Positions 37,770 through 47,067 of a stretch of DNA of 64,000 nt are shown in pieces (the first letter of the stretch is position 1; each line of letters starts with the position of its first letter). The DNA comes from Candidatus Multivoradales bacterium (GTDB taxonomy: Bacteria > Acidobacteriota > Thermoanaerobaculia > Multivoradales > JAHEKO01): the NCBI GenBank assembly GCA_965248055.1, contig CBDFIJ010000004.1, positions 2,880,001 to 2,944,000 on the forward strand. Reading direction: 5' to 3'. Made by a program: the position numbers and the translations under genes. The notes under the pieces were generated by a model that worked only from the letters and a program-made list of their open reading frames with translations, had not been told where the DNA came from and did no database searches.

Positions 37770-38276
37770 ATGACTTCCAAACTCCAGTTTGAGCCACGCG
37801 ACCCTGCCTTCGTCGACAAGGTTCGAGAGAGCTTTGCCCAGCAGGAGTTCATGGCTACCCTGGGGGCTGAGATCAGCGATATTCAGCCCGGCTCGGTACG
37901 CATCGAGATGCCGTACTCCGAGCGTTTCACCCAACAGCATCAGTACATGCATGCCGCTGCCATTGCGGCGATTGCCGACAGTGCCTGTGGCTATGCTGCC
38001 TTCACCCTCACGCCACCCGGTACCGACGTACTGTCGATTGAGTACAAGGTCAACCTACTGGCCCCCGCGCGCGGCGACAATTTCTATGCGATTGCTCGGG
38101 TGGTGAAGTCGGGTCGAACCATTACGGTTTGCGATGCTGATGTCTACGCGGTACGAGACCAGGGTGAGAAACTGGTCGCTTCTTTGACTGCTACGATCAT
38201 GTCGCTCCCCAGTCGAGACCACTCCGCTTCGCGCAAGTCGCGTTCAGCGCGGTGTGGTCTCGAAACACGGACGTAG
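37770..38276 (+). CDS. PaaI family hotdog thioesterase
   Basis: QQH..MHA...IADSACGYAA, SIEYKVNLLAPA, KSGRT. Confidence 0.9.
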   Translation: MTSKLQFEPRDPAFVDKVRESFAQQEFMATLGAEISDIQPGSVRIEMPYSERFTQQHQYMHAAAIAAIADSACGYAAFTLTPPGTDVLSIEYKVNLLAPARGDNFYAIARVVKSGRTITVCDADVYAVRDQGEKLVASLTATIMSLPSRDHSASRKSRSARCGLETRT

Positions 38277-39125
38277 CCGTTGGGCGATCTCGATATGAAA
38301 GGCAAGTTTCTGTCCTTGAACAAAGCCCTCGTTCCAGTCTGTGTTCTCACCGGAAGGCGGTTGTTTCAGGTGGCTGTATTCGCTGGCGGTTAGTAACCTG
38401 TCGCAATCGCGCGGCCAGGACTGGGTGCGAGAGGCGCGAATGCCCGCGCCGAATCCCAACAAGAACTCAGGCTGGTCGTCGAGACGGTCGAGGCTACGAG
38501 CGGCTTCGTCGGTCGCGGCATCGATTGCTTCCGCGATCTCTACATTGAACTGTTCGACTCTCCAGATCTAGTACTCGGCCAAGGTCGCTTCATAGTCTTC
38601 CGGGTATGGATCGTGCTCACGGCCATTCCAGGTGCTCGACGCCCGCGCGGCGTGGGCGCTTTCGTAGCGAGCAAAAAGTTCGGTCAACAGCGTCTCGATT
38701 TGTGCGTCATCCTTGCGATCGATGTCGTTGGGGAGTTGAATTCTAAGTTCGACCTTACAATCGAGTTCGTCGAATAGCTCGAAGGGACCTTCCAGCCGTG
38801 GAGCCAGTAGCGGTTCATCGAGATCGAGCAGTACCTCGATCCGTTTCCGCTCGACTTTGACTTTGGAGACCTGGAACAGCTCACCAGAATCAAACGAGAA
38901 CTCGCCGTTGGAAGTAGAGCGTTGACCGACCACATCGTTGTTGGTGTAGCGATCGCCACAGCCAGATTGCACGTCGATGTTGGTCGTCGCCCAGGCTCCG
39001 AGCCATCGGTTGCTAATGTCTCTTTCGTCCGCATGAATGGAGGGCACTTCGAACAGAAGGGCAGCGGTCAACAGGAGTGCTGCGGGCAATGGTTTGCGAC
39101 CAACGGTTATGCGTTTCATAGACAT
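38244..39125 (-). pseudogene. Secreted hypothetical protein interrupted by a single in-frame TAG (38568-38570)
   Basis: ORFs 38568-39125 and 38244-38462 are in the same frame, and the 35 codons between them are open and protein-like (IWRVEQFNVEIAEAID..). Confidence 0.7.
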
Positions 39126-39308
39126 GCTTCCCGGACAAACGGCTGTGAACGGTTGTTGCTACTCAAGAACCCTCGGATCCTCTCATAGTGCGCTACGGAT
39201 TCTTGATTACCGCGCGAGCGGCAAGGGTACTCCTGCTTTGTGCTAACCTAGCTCTGTTTTTGACAGTGTCTCTCGGCTTCTGAAGGAGAGCTCTTGGAGG
39301 AGTACAGA

Positions 39309-39803
39309 ATGCACAGGCAGCGTGAATTGCGGAAAGGACCTTACCGTTATTATCTGGGTTGGGCGGTCTTGCTACTGATGATTGGGTCTGTGGGCTGTAC
39401 CACCGAGATCTACTTGAGCGGTTTGGGTGCGTGTTTCCGCAACGCGGTGGGGGAACTGAGACGCACCGGTGCTGAGGAAATTCGACGAGAATGCAACACC
39501 GGAGCCCGCAGCGGAGCCACGATTGTGGTCTTTCCCTATGACCCGGTTTCTGCGACACAACTCGGAGAGGCCGGTGTCTCGCGCGAAGACATCAACATCA
39601 TCAACGACCTACAGAAGCCCAACAGCCAGCGCCAGCGGATCAACGTCCTGCCGAACAACCCGAAGTCGTCCGGCTGGGACATAAATATTGACGACCGTAA
39701 GTTCGACGTGCCTGAACTGATGGTGTGCAAGACCCCTGCAACCAAGGTCACCATAACTCTGCGACAGGAACACGGGAGGATCGTCTGGCGGGGGATGGAG
39801 TGA
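39309..39803 (+). CDS. Lipoprotein of unknown family, paralog C
   Basis: GGAGGAG RBS, lipobox SVGC, shared motifs with paralog B (IV.FP, QL..GV.R, QRIN..PN.PK, VC). Confidence 0.72.
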   Translation: MHRQRELRKGPYRYYLGWAVLLLMIGSVGCTTEIYLSGLGACFRNAVGELRRTGAEEIRRECNTGARSGATIVVFPYDPVSATQLGEAGVSREDINIINDLQKPNSQRQRINVLPNNPKSSGWDINIDDRKFDVPELMVCKTPATKVTITLRQEHGRIVWRGME

Positions 39804-39809
39804 GGTCGT

Positions 39810-39836
39810 TTCTGCGGTGACTACACCACCGCAGAA
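39810..39836 (+). terminator. Hairpin after lipoprotein C
   Basis: TTCTGCGGTG-N7-CACCGCAGAA perfect 10-bp stem; no clear U tract. Confidence 0.45.
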
Positions 39837-39942
39837 GGCTAGTTGTGACGTTCGGGTGGCATAGACAATATCGACGCCGCTTCTTCTATAGTCCTGCACG
39901 ATGCTCAAGATTCGACTTGAGTCGTCGGGGACTAGCTAGACC

Positions 39943-40785
39943 GTGTCGACGCGCCGCCGTTTTCTCCAGGGTTCGCTTGCTACAGCCGTTGCCACAAGTA
40001 TTGGTGTATTGGCTTACACATTTGAAGTGGAGCCCGAATGGTTGCAGGTAGTTCGTCGACCGCTACCCATAGAAGGACTTCCGAGCGGGTTAGAAGGGAG
40101 ATCCCTGGTGCAGCTCAGCGATCTCCATGTCGGAAAGCGAGTTTCCGACGACTACATACTCAGGACCTTCGAAACCGTTCGTCATTTGAATCCCGACCTA
40201 ATTGTTTACACCGGGGATTTCACGAGCTACGAGCCCAGCGGTGTTGAGCACGCGGAATTCATCTACTCGCAGGCTCCGCGCGGGCGCATGGCAACCATTG
40301 GCATTCTAGGCAACCATGACTATGGCCCTAACTGGGCGCATCCGGAAATTGCAGCGCGGTTAGTTGATGTACTTCACGATCATGGGATTCGCATTCTGCG
40401 GAATCAGGTGGTGCAGGTCGAAGGTCTGCAGATTGCCGGGATGGATGATTTGTGGGCTGAAAGATTCGACCCGAAATCGGCGGTTGCCCAATTGCTGCCA
40501 TCCAGGGCGTCATTGGCGCTGAGCCACAACCCTGACACTGTCGATCTTGAAGGCTGGGGCGGCTACCGAGGCTGGATCTTGAGCGGTCACACCCACGGTG
40601 GACAGTGCAAGGCTCCTTTCCTTCCCCCTCCGATCTTGCCGGTCAAGAACCGACGGTATACAGCTGGCGAGTTTGACGTGGGCGATGGACGCAGGATTTA
40701 CATTAGTCGCGGCGTGGGACACTTAAAGAAGGTACGGTTCAACGTGCGTCCGGAAGTCACACGTTTTGCTTTGCGGAGGGCCTGA
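39943..40785 (+). CDS. Metallophosphoesterase (YkuE-like) with Tat signal
   Basis: TRRRFL, SDLH, TGDF, GNHD, SHNPD, SGHTHGGQ. Confidence 0.92.
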   Translation: MSTRRRFLQGSLATAVATSIGVLAYTFEVEPEWLQVVRRPLPIEGLPSGLEGRSLVQLSDLHVGKRVSDDYILRTFETVRHLNPDLIVYTGDFTSYEPSGVEHAEFIYSQAPRGRMATIGILGNHDYGPNWAHPEIAARLVDVLHDHGIRILRNQVVQVEGLQIAGMDDLWAERFDPKSAVAQLLPSRASLALSHNPDTVDLEGWGGYRGWILSGHTHGGQCKAPFLPPPILPVKNRRYTAGEFDVGDGRRIYISRGVGHLKKVRFNVRPEVTRFALRRA

Positions 40786-40792
40786 TCCGGTG

Positions 40793-41476
40793 ATGAAACT
40801 AAACGGCGAAGCGTACGCTCGCGATGGGTTTCTGGTCACCGATTCATGGGTTAATGAACCTGAGCTGTTCCGTTTTCGCCGTGAAGTGGATCGACTGGCT
40901 GCAGATTCTCCAGAGCACGGCGGAGTGCGAAACGGGCTGGAGAAGTCAGCGATTCTTAGAACCTTCGGAGAGTCCGATCAGATGTTCAGTCTGGCGAGTA
41001 TGTTTCTGGATCGACCGATCACGCTGACGCGCCTGACGATCTTCGACAAGACGCCAAGTGCAAACTGGAAAGTCCCTTTTCACCAGGATCTGACGATTGC
41101 AGTAAGTGAAAGACGGCAGACCCCAGGTTTTGGGCCGTGGTCGATCAAGGAGGGAGTCCATCACGTACAACCTCCGGTTGAGATTCTGGAGAACACGATC
41201 TCACTGCGAGTCCACTTAGACGATGCAACGGACGACAACGGTGCTCTTCGCGTAATCCCTGAAAGCCATAAGCTGGGACGCCTCACCCGCTCCCAGATTG
41301 GGAAAAAGCTCTCTACCGGGAAATCGGCCTATTGCTCGGTTCGTGCTGGCGCGGCGATGGCCATGAGTCCTCTATTGCTACATGCCTCATCTGCTGCAAC
41401 CGTTGCAGGTCATCGAAGGGTTTTGCACTATGAGTACGTCGGATGTGATTTGCCCAATGGACTCGCATGGGCATGA
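40793..41476 (+). CDS. PhyH-family 2-oxoglutarate/Fe(II) dioxygenase
   Basis: FDKT..NW.V.FHQD, RVHLDD..NGALRVIP.SH, LLHAS, RRVLH. Confidence 0.9.
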   Translation: MKLNGEAYARDGFLVTDSWVNEPELFRFRREVDRLAADSPEHGGVRNGLEKSAILRTFGESDQMFSLASMFLDRPITLTRLTIFDKTPSANWKVPFHQDLTIAVSERRQTPGFGPWSIKEGVHHVQPPVEILENTISLRVHLDDATDDNGALRVIPESHKLGRLTRSQIGKKLSTGKSAYCSVRAGAAMAMSPLLLHASSAATVAGHRRVLHYEYVGCDLPNGLAWA

Positions 41477-41477
41477 T

Positions 41478-42071
41478 CTAATTCTCTTGGGCAATTTGAT
41501 ACCGCAAGGGCCATTTCCTAGCCTCACCCGCATAGTTCACGCCGACTCTCGGTCCGCGGATAACTTCGCTTTCAGGCACGCGGCGCCCGTGAACTAAGAA
41601 AAGCCCACTGCCTTGCAGACTCCGGGCGTTCGATCGACAATCGATCCCCATGGCTTGACAGAGCTTAGCCGGACCACCAGCCAAGTCCTTGGCATTGACT
41701 CCGGGTTTCTGGCCGCGTCGGTGCTGCATGGTCGCCTCGCCGCCGACAGGAACTCCAGCGCGAATCAGTACTGCGTCGGCGACGCCTTGTTGGCCGCAGA
41801 CGACGTTGAAGCACCAATGCATGCCGTAGACGAAGTAGATGTAGGCATGACCGGGTGGGCCGTACATTGGTGCAACGCGCTTTGTGCGACGACCAAAAGC
41901 CGCGTGGCTGGCGGGGTCGATGGCGCCGAGATAGGCCTCGGTCTCGGTGATTTCTAAGATTGAAGTGGAGGCCCCGACGACCCGCACGATCTGGCATCCG
42001 AGCAGCGCGCGCGCAACGGTCGGGCTGGGCCGGTCATAAAAGGCTCGGGGTAGTGATTGATCGAGATGAAT
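41478..42071 (-). CDS. mpg: DNA-3-methyladenine glycosylase (AAG/MPG family), probable ATT start
   Basis: ETEAY..DPASH, YIYFVYGMH.C.NVV, AVLIRA, GPAKLC. The conserved N-terminus LPRAFYDRPSPTVARALLG lies upstream of the tracked GTG. Confidence 0.88.
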   Translation of the reverse strand: MHLDQSLPRAFYDRPSPTVARALLGCQIVRVVGASTSILEITETEAYLGAIDPASHAAFGRRTKRVAPMYGPPGHAYIYFVYGMHWCFNVVCGQQGVADAVLIRAGVPVGGEATMQHRRGQKPGVNAKDLAGGPAKLCQAMGIDCRSNARSLQGSGLFLVHGRRVPESEVIRGPRVGVNYAGEARKWPLRYQIAQEN

Positions 42072-42093
42072 GGAGAAGTCCTCGAATCAGGTT

Positions 42094-43332
42094 CTACTCT
42101 TCCTCGTCCTGAGCAGGACGGCGAATGACTAACACGGTGCGATCATCAGAAAGGGGTTCACCATCGAGGAATTCATCCACTGCGGCGAAGATCTTGTCGA
42201 CGGTTTCACGGGCGGAGCAGGCTCGGCACTCTTGAACGGTATCGACCAGCCGATCTCGGCCAAATTCTTCGTCGCTGGTACCGCCCAAGGCTTCCAGGAT
42301 GCCGTCGGTCACCATCACCACCGTGCAACCGGGCTTGAGGTTGACGAAGCCTCGTTCGTAGGTGGCGTCTGCCAGTGGTCCCAGTACCGGGCCACCAGCT
42401 TGCAACTTCTTGACGCGACCCTCGGCATCGAGAAACAGCGGTGGTGGATGCCCGGCGTTGACGTAAATGAACAGTCCGGTGTTTTCCAGCTCGCCGTAAC
42501 ACATCGATACGAAGCGACTGGTCAAGGTGCCGTGGTGGATGATGCTATTCATCCGCTCCACGGTGCGCACGATCTTGAAGTCTCTCGACAGCCCCATGCG
42601 CAAACCCATGTGAATGTCGCGCACTTGCATCGCCGCGGTGAGCCCGTGGCCAGACGAATCGGCGATGGCGATGCCGACGCTTTTGTCGCTCATCGGGATG
42701 AAGTCGTAAAAATCGCCACCGACGACGTCCACCGGTTCGCTGCGAGCCGCCAAGTCAAAAACCCCAAATTTGGGCACCCGCCGGGGCAGAATCGAGGTTT
42801 GAATACGCCGCGCTTCGGCCAGGACGTCGGCGATGCGCTCGCTGCGCAAACGGTCGTTGATCGAGTGGCGCAGAACCGCCAGAGCGTAAACGATGTCGTC
42901 GGATGCGACATCCGCGGCGGTATCAAACGCAATCACGTAGGCCTCGCCGCCGATCTCGATCGCGGCGAATTCAGAAACCCCAAGCTTGCTTTCCAGCTCA
43001 GCGTCGGTGCGCGGATCCCCCTGGGGCATGTAGATCACCCGGTTGCAGATCGCCAGTTCGATCGGCGGGTAGTCCGCGGGAACTTGTAGGCCTCGATTCT
43101 TGCCGACCCCGGTCGGGAAAGCGTCAATCAGCCGGTAGTGGTCGTTCCCCGTCTTACGATAGACCCGGATGCCAGTAATCCCCAATTCGTCGCCCAAGCC
43201 TTGGAGTACCTCCTTGGCGACATCGCGAACTGCCTTTTCCTCATCGACCACGGCGCCCATGCCTTGATCCACTACCTCATCGATCTTGGTCACCAATTGG
43301 CGAAAATCTACTTCGCGTCTTTGTTCAGTCAA
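42094..43332 (-). CDS. PP2C/SpoIIE (RsbU-like) Ser phosphatase with N-terminal sensory domain
   Basis: VGGDFYD, IADSSGHG, NAGHPPP, TDGILE, DDRT; start uncertain (TTG 43332 after GGGAG, or 43365). Confidence 0.9.
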   Translation of the reverse strand: MTEQRREVDFRQLVTKIDEVVDQGMGAVVDEEKAVRDVAKEVLQGLGDELGITGIRVYRKTGNDHYRLIDAFPTGVGKNRGLQVPADYPPIELAICNRVIYMPQGDPRTDAELESKLGVSEFAAIEIGGEAYVIAFDTAADVASDDIVYALAVLRHSINDRLRSERIADVLAEARRIQTSILPRRVPKFGVFDLAARSEPVDVVGGDFYDFIPMSDKSVGIAIADSSGHGLTAAMQVRDIHMGLRMGLSRDFKIVRTVERMNSIIHHGTLTSRFVSMCYGELENTGLFIYVNAGHPPPLFLDAEGRVKKLQAGGPVLGPLADATYERGFVNLKPGCTVVMVTDGILEALGGTSDEEFGRDRLVDTVQECRACSARETVDKIFAAVDEFLDGEPLSDDRTVLVIRRPAQDEEE

Positions 43333-43454
43333 ATGCTGTACTCCCACTATCAAGCCGCCTCGCAACTCAAGTTGGGACGAGAGGCGATTATGGCCGAAGT
43401 AGACCGCAGTTGGAGTGGAATTCTGGCTTCTAACCGGTTGGCCGGTGACGGTTG

Positions 43455-46400
43455 CTAGGGCTGCGGCGGAGTGAGGCGCAAAGCCGGGTCCCCTGTGAGA
43501 CTGTAGGTGGCAGCAATATCTGGGCTCCCGCCACCAGCTATGAAACTCCTTAACCCGCTAAAGACTGCTTCGCCGAGCGTCGCGTTGTCACCGTTCCAGG
43601 CTTCGGGAAGCGTGTAAGTTGCCAGTAGGTGCGACTGGGCGTGGCGCGAAGCTGCAGTTGCACCGAACGCCGCGACCGATCCACCATCGGGATCGAACAA
43701 TAGGGATTCTGGAAGCGTCTGGACGCCCGGCCAGGTGGTGATATTGACTAGGCATCCAAACGCAAAAAGTATTCCCGGTGACTGGGAGTTCGTCAATTCA
43801 TCCATGTCTGCGGTAGACAGAATTGATTCTGCTGCCAGCTGTGTGGCGCCTCCGTGGCCGGAATAAACGAGCGCAAGAGTACCATCATTGATCTGGTCGA
43901 TGAGCTCAGAGTGAATCTCTCCTGGGTCGCCGGTTCTACCCAGTAGAAGAAGGTTTCGGTTGAAGTCGTTCGGTGCCCGAGCAGATAGATCGAAGGCCGC
44001 AGCGTGATAGTCCCCGGCATGATCTGGGTTGTCGGCAACGAACGCAATATTGTGCTTCCAGTCGGCCGTAGAGGCTTCGAAGACCTTAAGTTTTTCAACA
44101 TAGTTGGAAACATCTTCTCTAGAGTTGGCTGGAATCCTACCAATCAAGAATTCGCTTCCGGGGCTCCCGTCTACGTCGCCGAGGACTGAATCCGAGGCGA
44201 TGACTTGATTGCCGACGTTCATTAAATTGGCCGGGATCAGATTGCCTCCCCAACCATTGATATCGCGAAAGTCCCAATGCCCGTCGCCCAATAAGACAAC
44301 CCAACGCGGCGCTTGCCGAGGTCTCTCCGCCAGCAAGGTCAAGTACTCTTTGATCATCGATGGGTGGTAGTTCCCGTGGCCGATTTGATCAACAATGTCT
44401 TGAAAGAACACAGTGCGTGTTCGGAGCCCTTGAGATTCACGGTAGCTGGCGAGCTCGGCGGCGCCAACTGTGAGAGTTGGGTCGGTGATCAGCAAGTAAT
44501 CGATTGGTTTTCGACCGAGGCTATTGCGTTTGCCGAGAAGGCGCAGACCAGCGACTTGTTTCCATCCGGTGGTATCGACCATCCAGACTTCGGTCTCGGA
44601 GGAGAGTTGGTATTTCGCCTGTACTGTGCCGTCGAGGCCAGAGGAAAGACCGATGGCCAACGACCGGGGTACTCCATCTTCCCAGGCGTAAGCGGTAACG
44701 GCATCGGAGGTCCAGCCCTTTGTCAACCCCCGGGTTGGCGCGTTCTTCATCTGCAGAAACCCGTGAACTGGTTGCAGCGGCCGTTGATAGGTCAGGTCGA
44801 ATGAGTCGATGAAGGCGTACCCTTGTTCAGCTCTAAATTCGATGTTGTTGGTTCCGTCAACCAAGACCCTGGCAGGAACCATCAGCACGGTGTCGAATCT
44901 CTCTGATTCATAAGACACCGCGTTCCCCAGACGATGCCCATTGACTTTGATTTCGAACGAGGTGCCGCCTGTGTTGGCTAAGGGACTGTAAGCCTTCACG
45001 GAGAGTCGGGCAGACTTTTCAGCTATCACTCCAGGAGTCAAAAAACTCACCGTCGTACGGTCGTCACTGCCACCAGCAATCACGTACTTCCAGTACCAAA
45101 AATCATCGGTGGGGGAACTCGCCAACCACAGAGTCGCAAAGCTGTCTTTCTCAAATCGCTGATGGTGAGTGTAGGTATCATTTTCTGCAGAAAGAGGTGA
45201 ATTGCTGGAATCGCGTTCCATGACAACGCCAGACTTCCACTCTGCGACCAAGGTCCAGGAGTCGAGGTAGGGTGGCAAAGAATCGCGGACCAAGAAACGA
45301 ACCGTGCCTTTGGAAGCATCGATGGGGATGTCGTTTCCGTTGAGTGTTAGCCGAAACTTTCCATTTCGCACCTTTCTCCCGACCGCTTCGCGGGACTCTC
45401 CAAGCGCGGTCGCCAGTTCGTCGAGAGTTAGCTCGTAGGGCCCGGGTCCGGGAACCACGACTCCAATTGGTCTCAGTTGAGGTGTGGGCCTAGGCGGGCG
45501 CTCTCGAAGTGGTTGCCTATCCCCGCCGATTAGCTCGGGCGGTAAGGCGGCCCTCGTTGCGCGCTTAGAGCCAATTTTTTGGCGCGGTGCTCGAAGCCCC
45601 CCAGCACGCCCAGGTACTGGCCGAACTTGAGTACGCCGAACTGGCTGGTTCAGATCCAATCTACCCAGTTCGCGAATCAGACCATGGGCGTCGACTTCCA
45701 CAACTCTATATTGGGTGCTTCGGTGTTTACTTTGATCAAACACCGTGTAGCGGCCACCTTCCGATCCTTTGGCGTTGACGATTCCGGGATGAACGGGGAC
45801 CCATTTTCCGCCCTGCTGCGCTTGCACCTTGAACCCCAGACTGCCGATCTCACCAACGGTTTCCCAACTGATCCATTTACCCTCCCGGCTGTCAATTGCG
45901 GTGAAATTCACTACCGATGCATAGTTGGGAACAATATTGAGATCGCAGGCGATAGAGGACTGTGCGGAGGTCACACTCGGGGCGACCAGTGGGAGAGTCG
46001 GATAGAAAACGGGTGTTACCGAGAGGGAGGCGTCGGTTGAATTGACTTGATAATCAAAAGTCATGGTGTCTGTTTCGCTGCTGTCAATGCGACCTGGCAC
46101 ACCGGAGAGGCCGGGCTTCCAACTCTCGTCGGTGTTGGCGAGGGTTTGATCACCGGCGCTGCCGCCACCATAGGCGACGCCGGTGAATATGCCTGCTACG
46201 CTGGCGTCATCGCCGACTTCAAGTTGCCAGAACTGCCCCGCCCCCACTCCGGTGTTGTTGTAGGTCAACGAGCAAGAGGCTGTTTGTCCCAACACAGAGA
46301 TCAGGCTGGGTGTACAGGTACACGAAAGCTGAATATCCGGTACTGAGATGTTGGATTCCACCAATGAACGCTTGCATTTAGAACCATTGAAATCGTCAAT

Positions 46401-46973
46401 GTCTTGTAAGACGTCAGTTCCGTCGCAGACGATGGTGTTTTTTGCTTGGCCCCAGGAGGTGATGGTGTCGATATTAACCGTTCCATCTCCATTGCTATCC
46501 GAGCAGGGTAGGGTCACTGCAGTTGGAATTACATAGGTCTCGGATGTTGAAGACGTGACGTTGCCACAAAGGTCACCATCACTGTTTGGATAGTTGGCCG
46601 CTGGCCGCAAGTACTCTCGCATGCAACCGGTCGCCAAAGCGTCGTCGGGGTCAGAAATGGGTATAAATAGACCGATGTCATATCGGATGGAGGCATTAGT
46701 TTCTATTTCAGCGCCGAGGCTTACTGCGGTGAACGTATCCCCTGGCCCAAAGCACCCATCCAGCAAGGTTGTGGCTTGATAGAAGGCTGCACTGGTGTCG
46801 TTGGCAGTGCAATTGAGATCTGGCGGTGGGCAATTGCAGTCCGGGTCTGCAAAATCCACCAGGGTGTCGCTGTCATTATCAATATTGTCCTGACACGCGA
46901 ATTCGTCGGCAAGAAGTCGTGGCCCGACGACAATTACACTCAGCAACGAAACGAACAAGAATATCGATCTCAT
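43455..46973 (-). CDS. Secreted multidomain protein with C-terminal C25 (gingipain-like) cysteine peptidase
   Basis: Signal peptide, CxDxxDNDxDxLVDxxDPDC motif, Cys-rich domain; C25 motifs DYLLIT, LLGDG, IGRIP, YSGHG, GCL, GDPAL. Confidence 0.85.
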   Translation of the reverse strand: MRSIFLFVSLLSVIVVGPRLLADEFACQDNIDNDSDTLVDFADPDCNCPPPDLNCTANDTSAAFYQATTLLDGCFGPGDTFTAVSLGAEIETNASIRYDIGLFIPISDPDDALATGCMREYLRPAANYPNSDGDLCGNVTSSTSETYVIPTAVTLPCSDSNGDGTVNIDTITSWGQAKNTIVCDGTDVLQDIDDFNGSKCKRSLVESNISVPDIQLSCTCTPSLISVLGQTASCSLTYNNTGVGAGQFWQLEVGDDASVAGIFTGVAYGGGSAGDQTLANTDESWKPGLSGVPGRIDSSETDTMTFDYQVNSTDASLSVTPVFYPTLPLVAPSVTSAQSSIACDLNIVPNYASVVNFTAIDSREGKWISWETVGEIGSLGFKVQAQQGGKWVPVHPGIVNAKGSEGGRYTVFDQSKHRSTQYRVVEVDAHGLIRELGRLDLNQPVRRTQVRPVPGRAGGLRAPRQKIGSKRATRAALPPELIGGDRQPLRERPPRPTPQLRPIGVVVPGPGPYELTLDELATALGESREAVGRKVRNGKFRLTLNGNDIPIDASKGTVRFLVRDSLPPYLDSWTLVAEWKSGVVMERDSSNSPLSAENDTYTHHQRFEKDSFATLWLASSPTDDFWYWKYVIAGGSDDRTTVSFLTPGVIAEKSARLSVKAYSPLANTGGTSFEIKVNGHRLGNAVSYESERFDTVLMVPARVLVDGTNNIEFRAEQGYAFIDSFDLTYQRPLQPVHGFLQMKNAPTRGLTKGWTSDAVTAYAWEDGVPRSLAIGLSSGLDGTVQAKYQLSSETEVWMVDTTGWKQVAGLRLLGKRNSLGRKPIDYLLITDPTLTVGAAELASYRESQGLRTRTVFFQDIVDQIGHGNYHPSMIKEYLTLLAERPRQAPRWVVLLGDGHWDFRDINGWGGNLIPANLMNVGNQVIASDSVLGDVDGSPGSEFLIGRIPANSREDVSNYVEKLKVFEASTADWKHNIAFVADNPDHAGDYHAAAFDLSARAPNDFNRNLLLLGRTGDPGEIHSELIDQINDGTLALVYSGHGGATQLAAESILSTADMDELTNSQSPGILFAFGCLVNITTWPGVQTLPESLLFDPDGGSVAAFGATAASRHAQSHLLATYTLPEAWNGDNATLGEAVFSGLRSFIAGGGSPDIAATYSLTGDPALRLTPPQP

Positions 46974-47067
46974 GACTCCCTCCCTTAGTTCCCAAAAAGA
47001 AACGAAACAGTAGCGCCAATTACGCGGTGAACTGAGGCGTCAACCCTATATCAGCTAGGAGGGGCTG

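Noticed and set aside
38568-38570. Pyrrolysine or genome-wide TAG recoding
   Set aside because: TAG terminates many conserved genes at the expected position (ftsK, moaC, ddl, glpX); no pyl genes seen
42232-43089. Long antisense ORFs (also 2079-2834, 11058-11765, 49979-50722, 56641-57471, 59831-60697)
   Set aside because: Shadow frames of well-supported GC-rich genes, with no motifs or RBS
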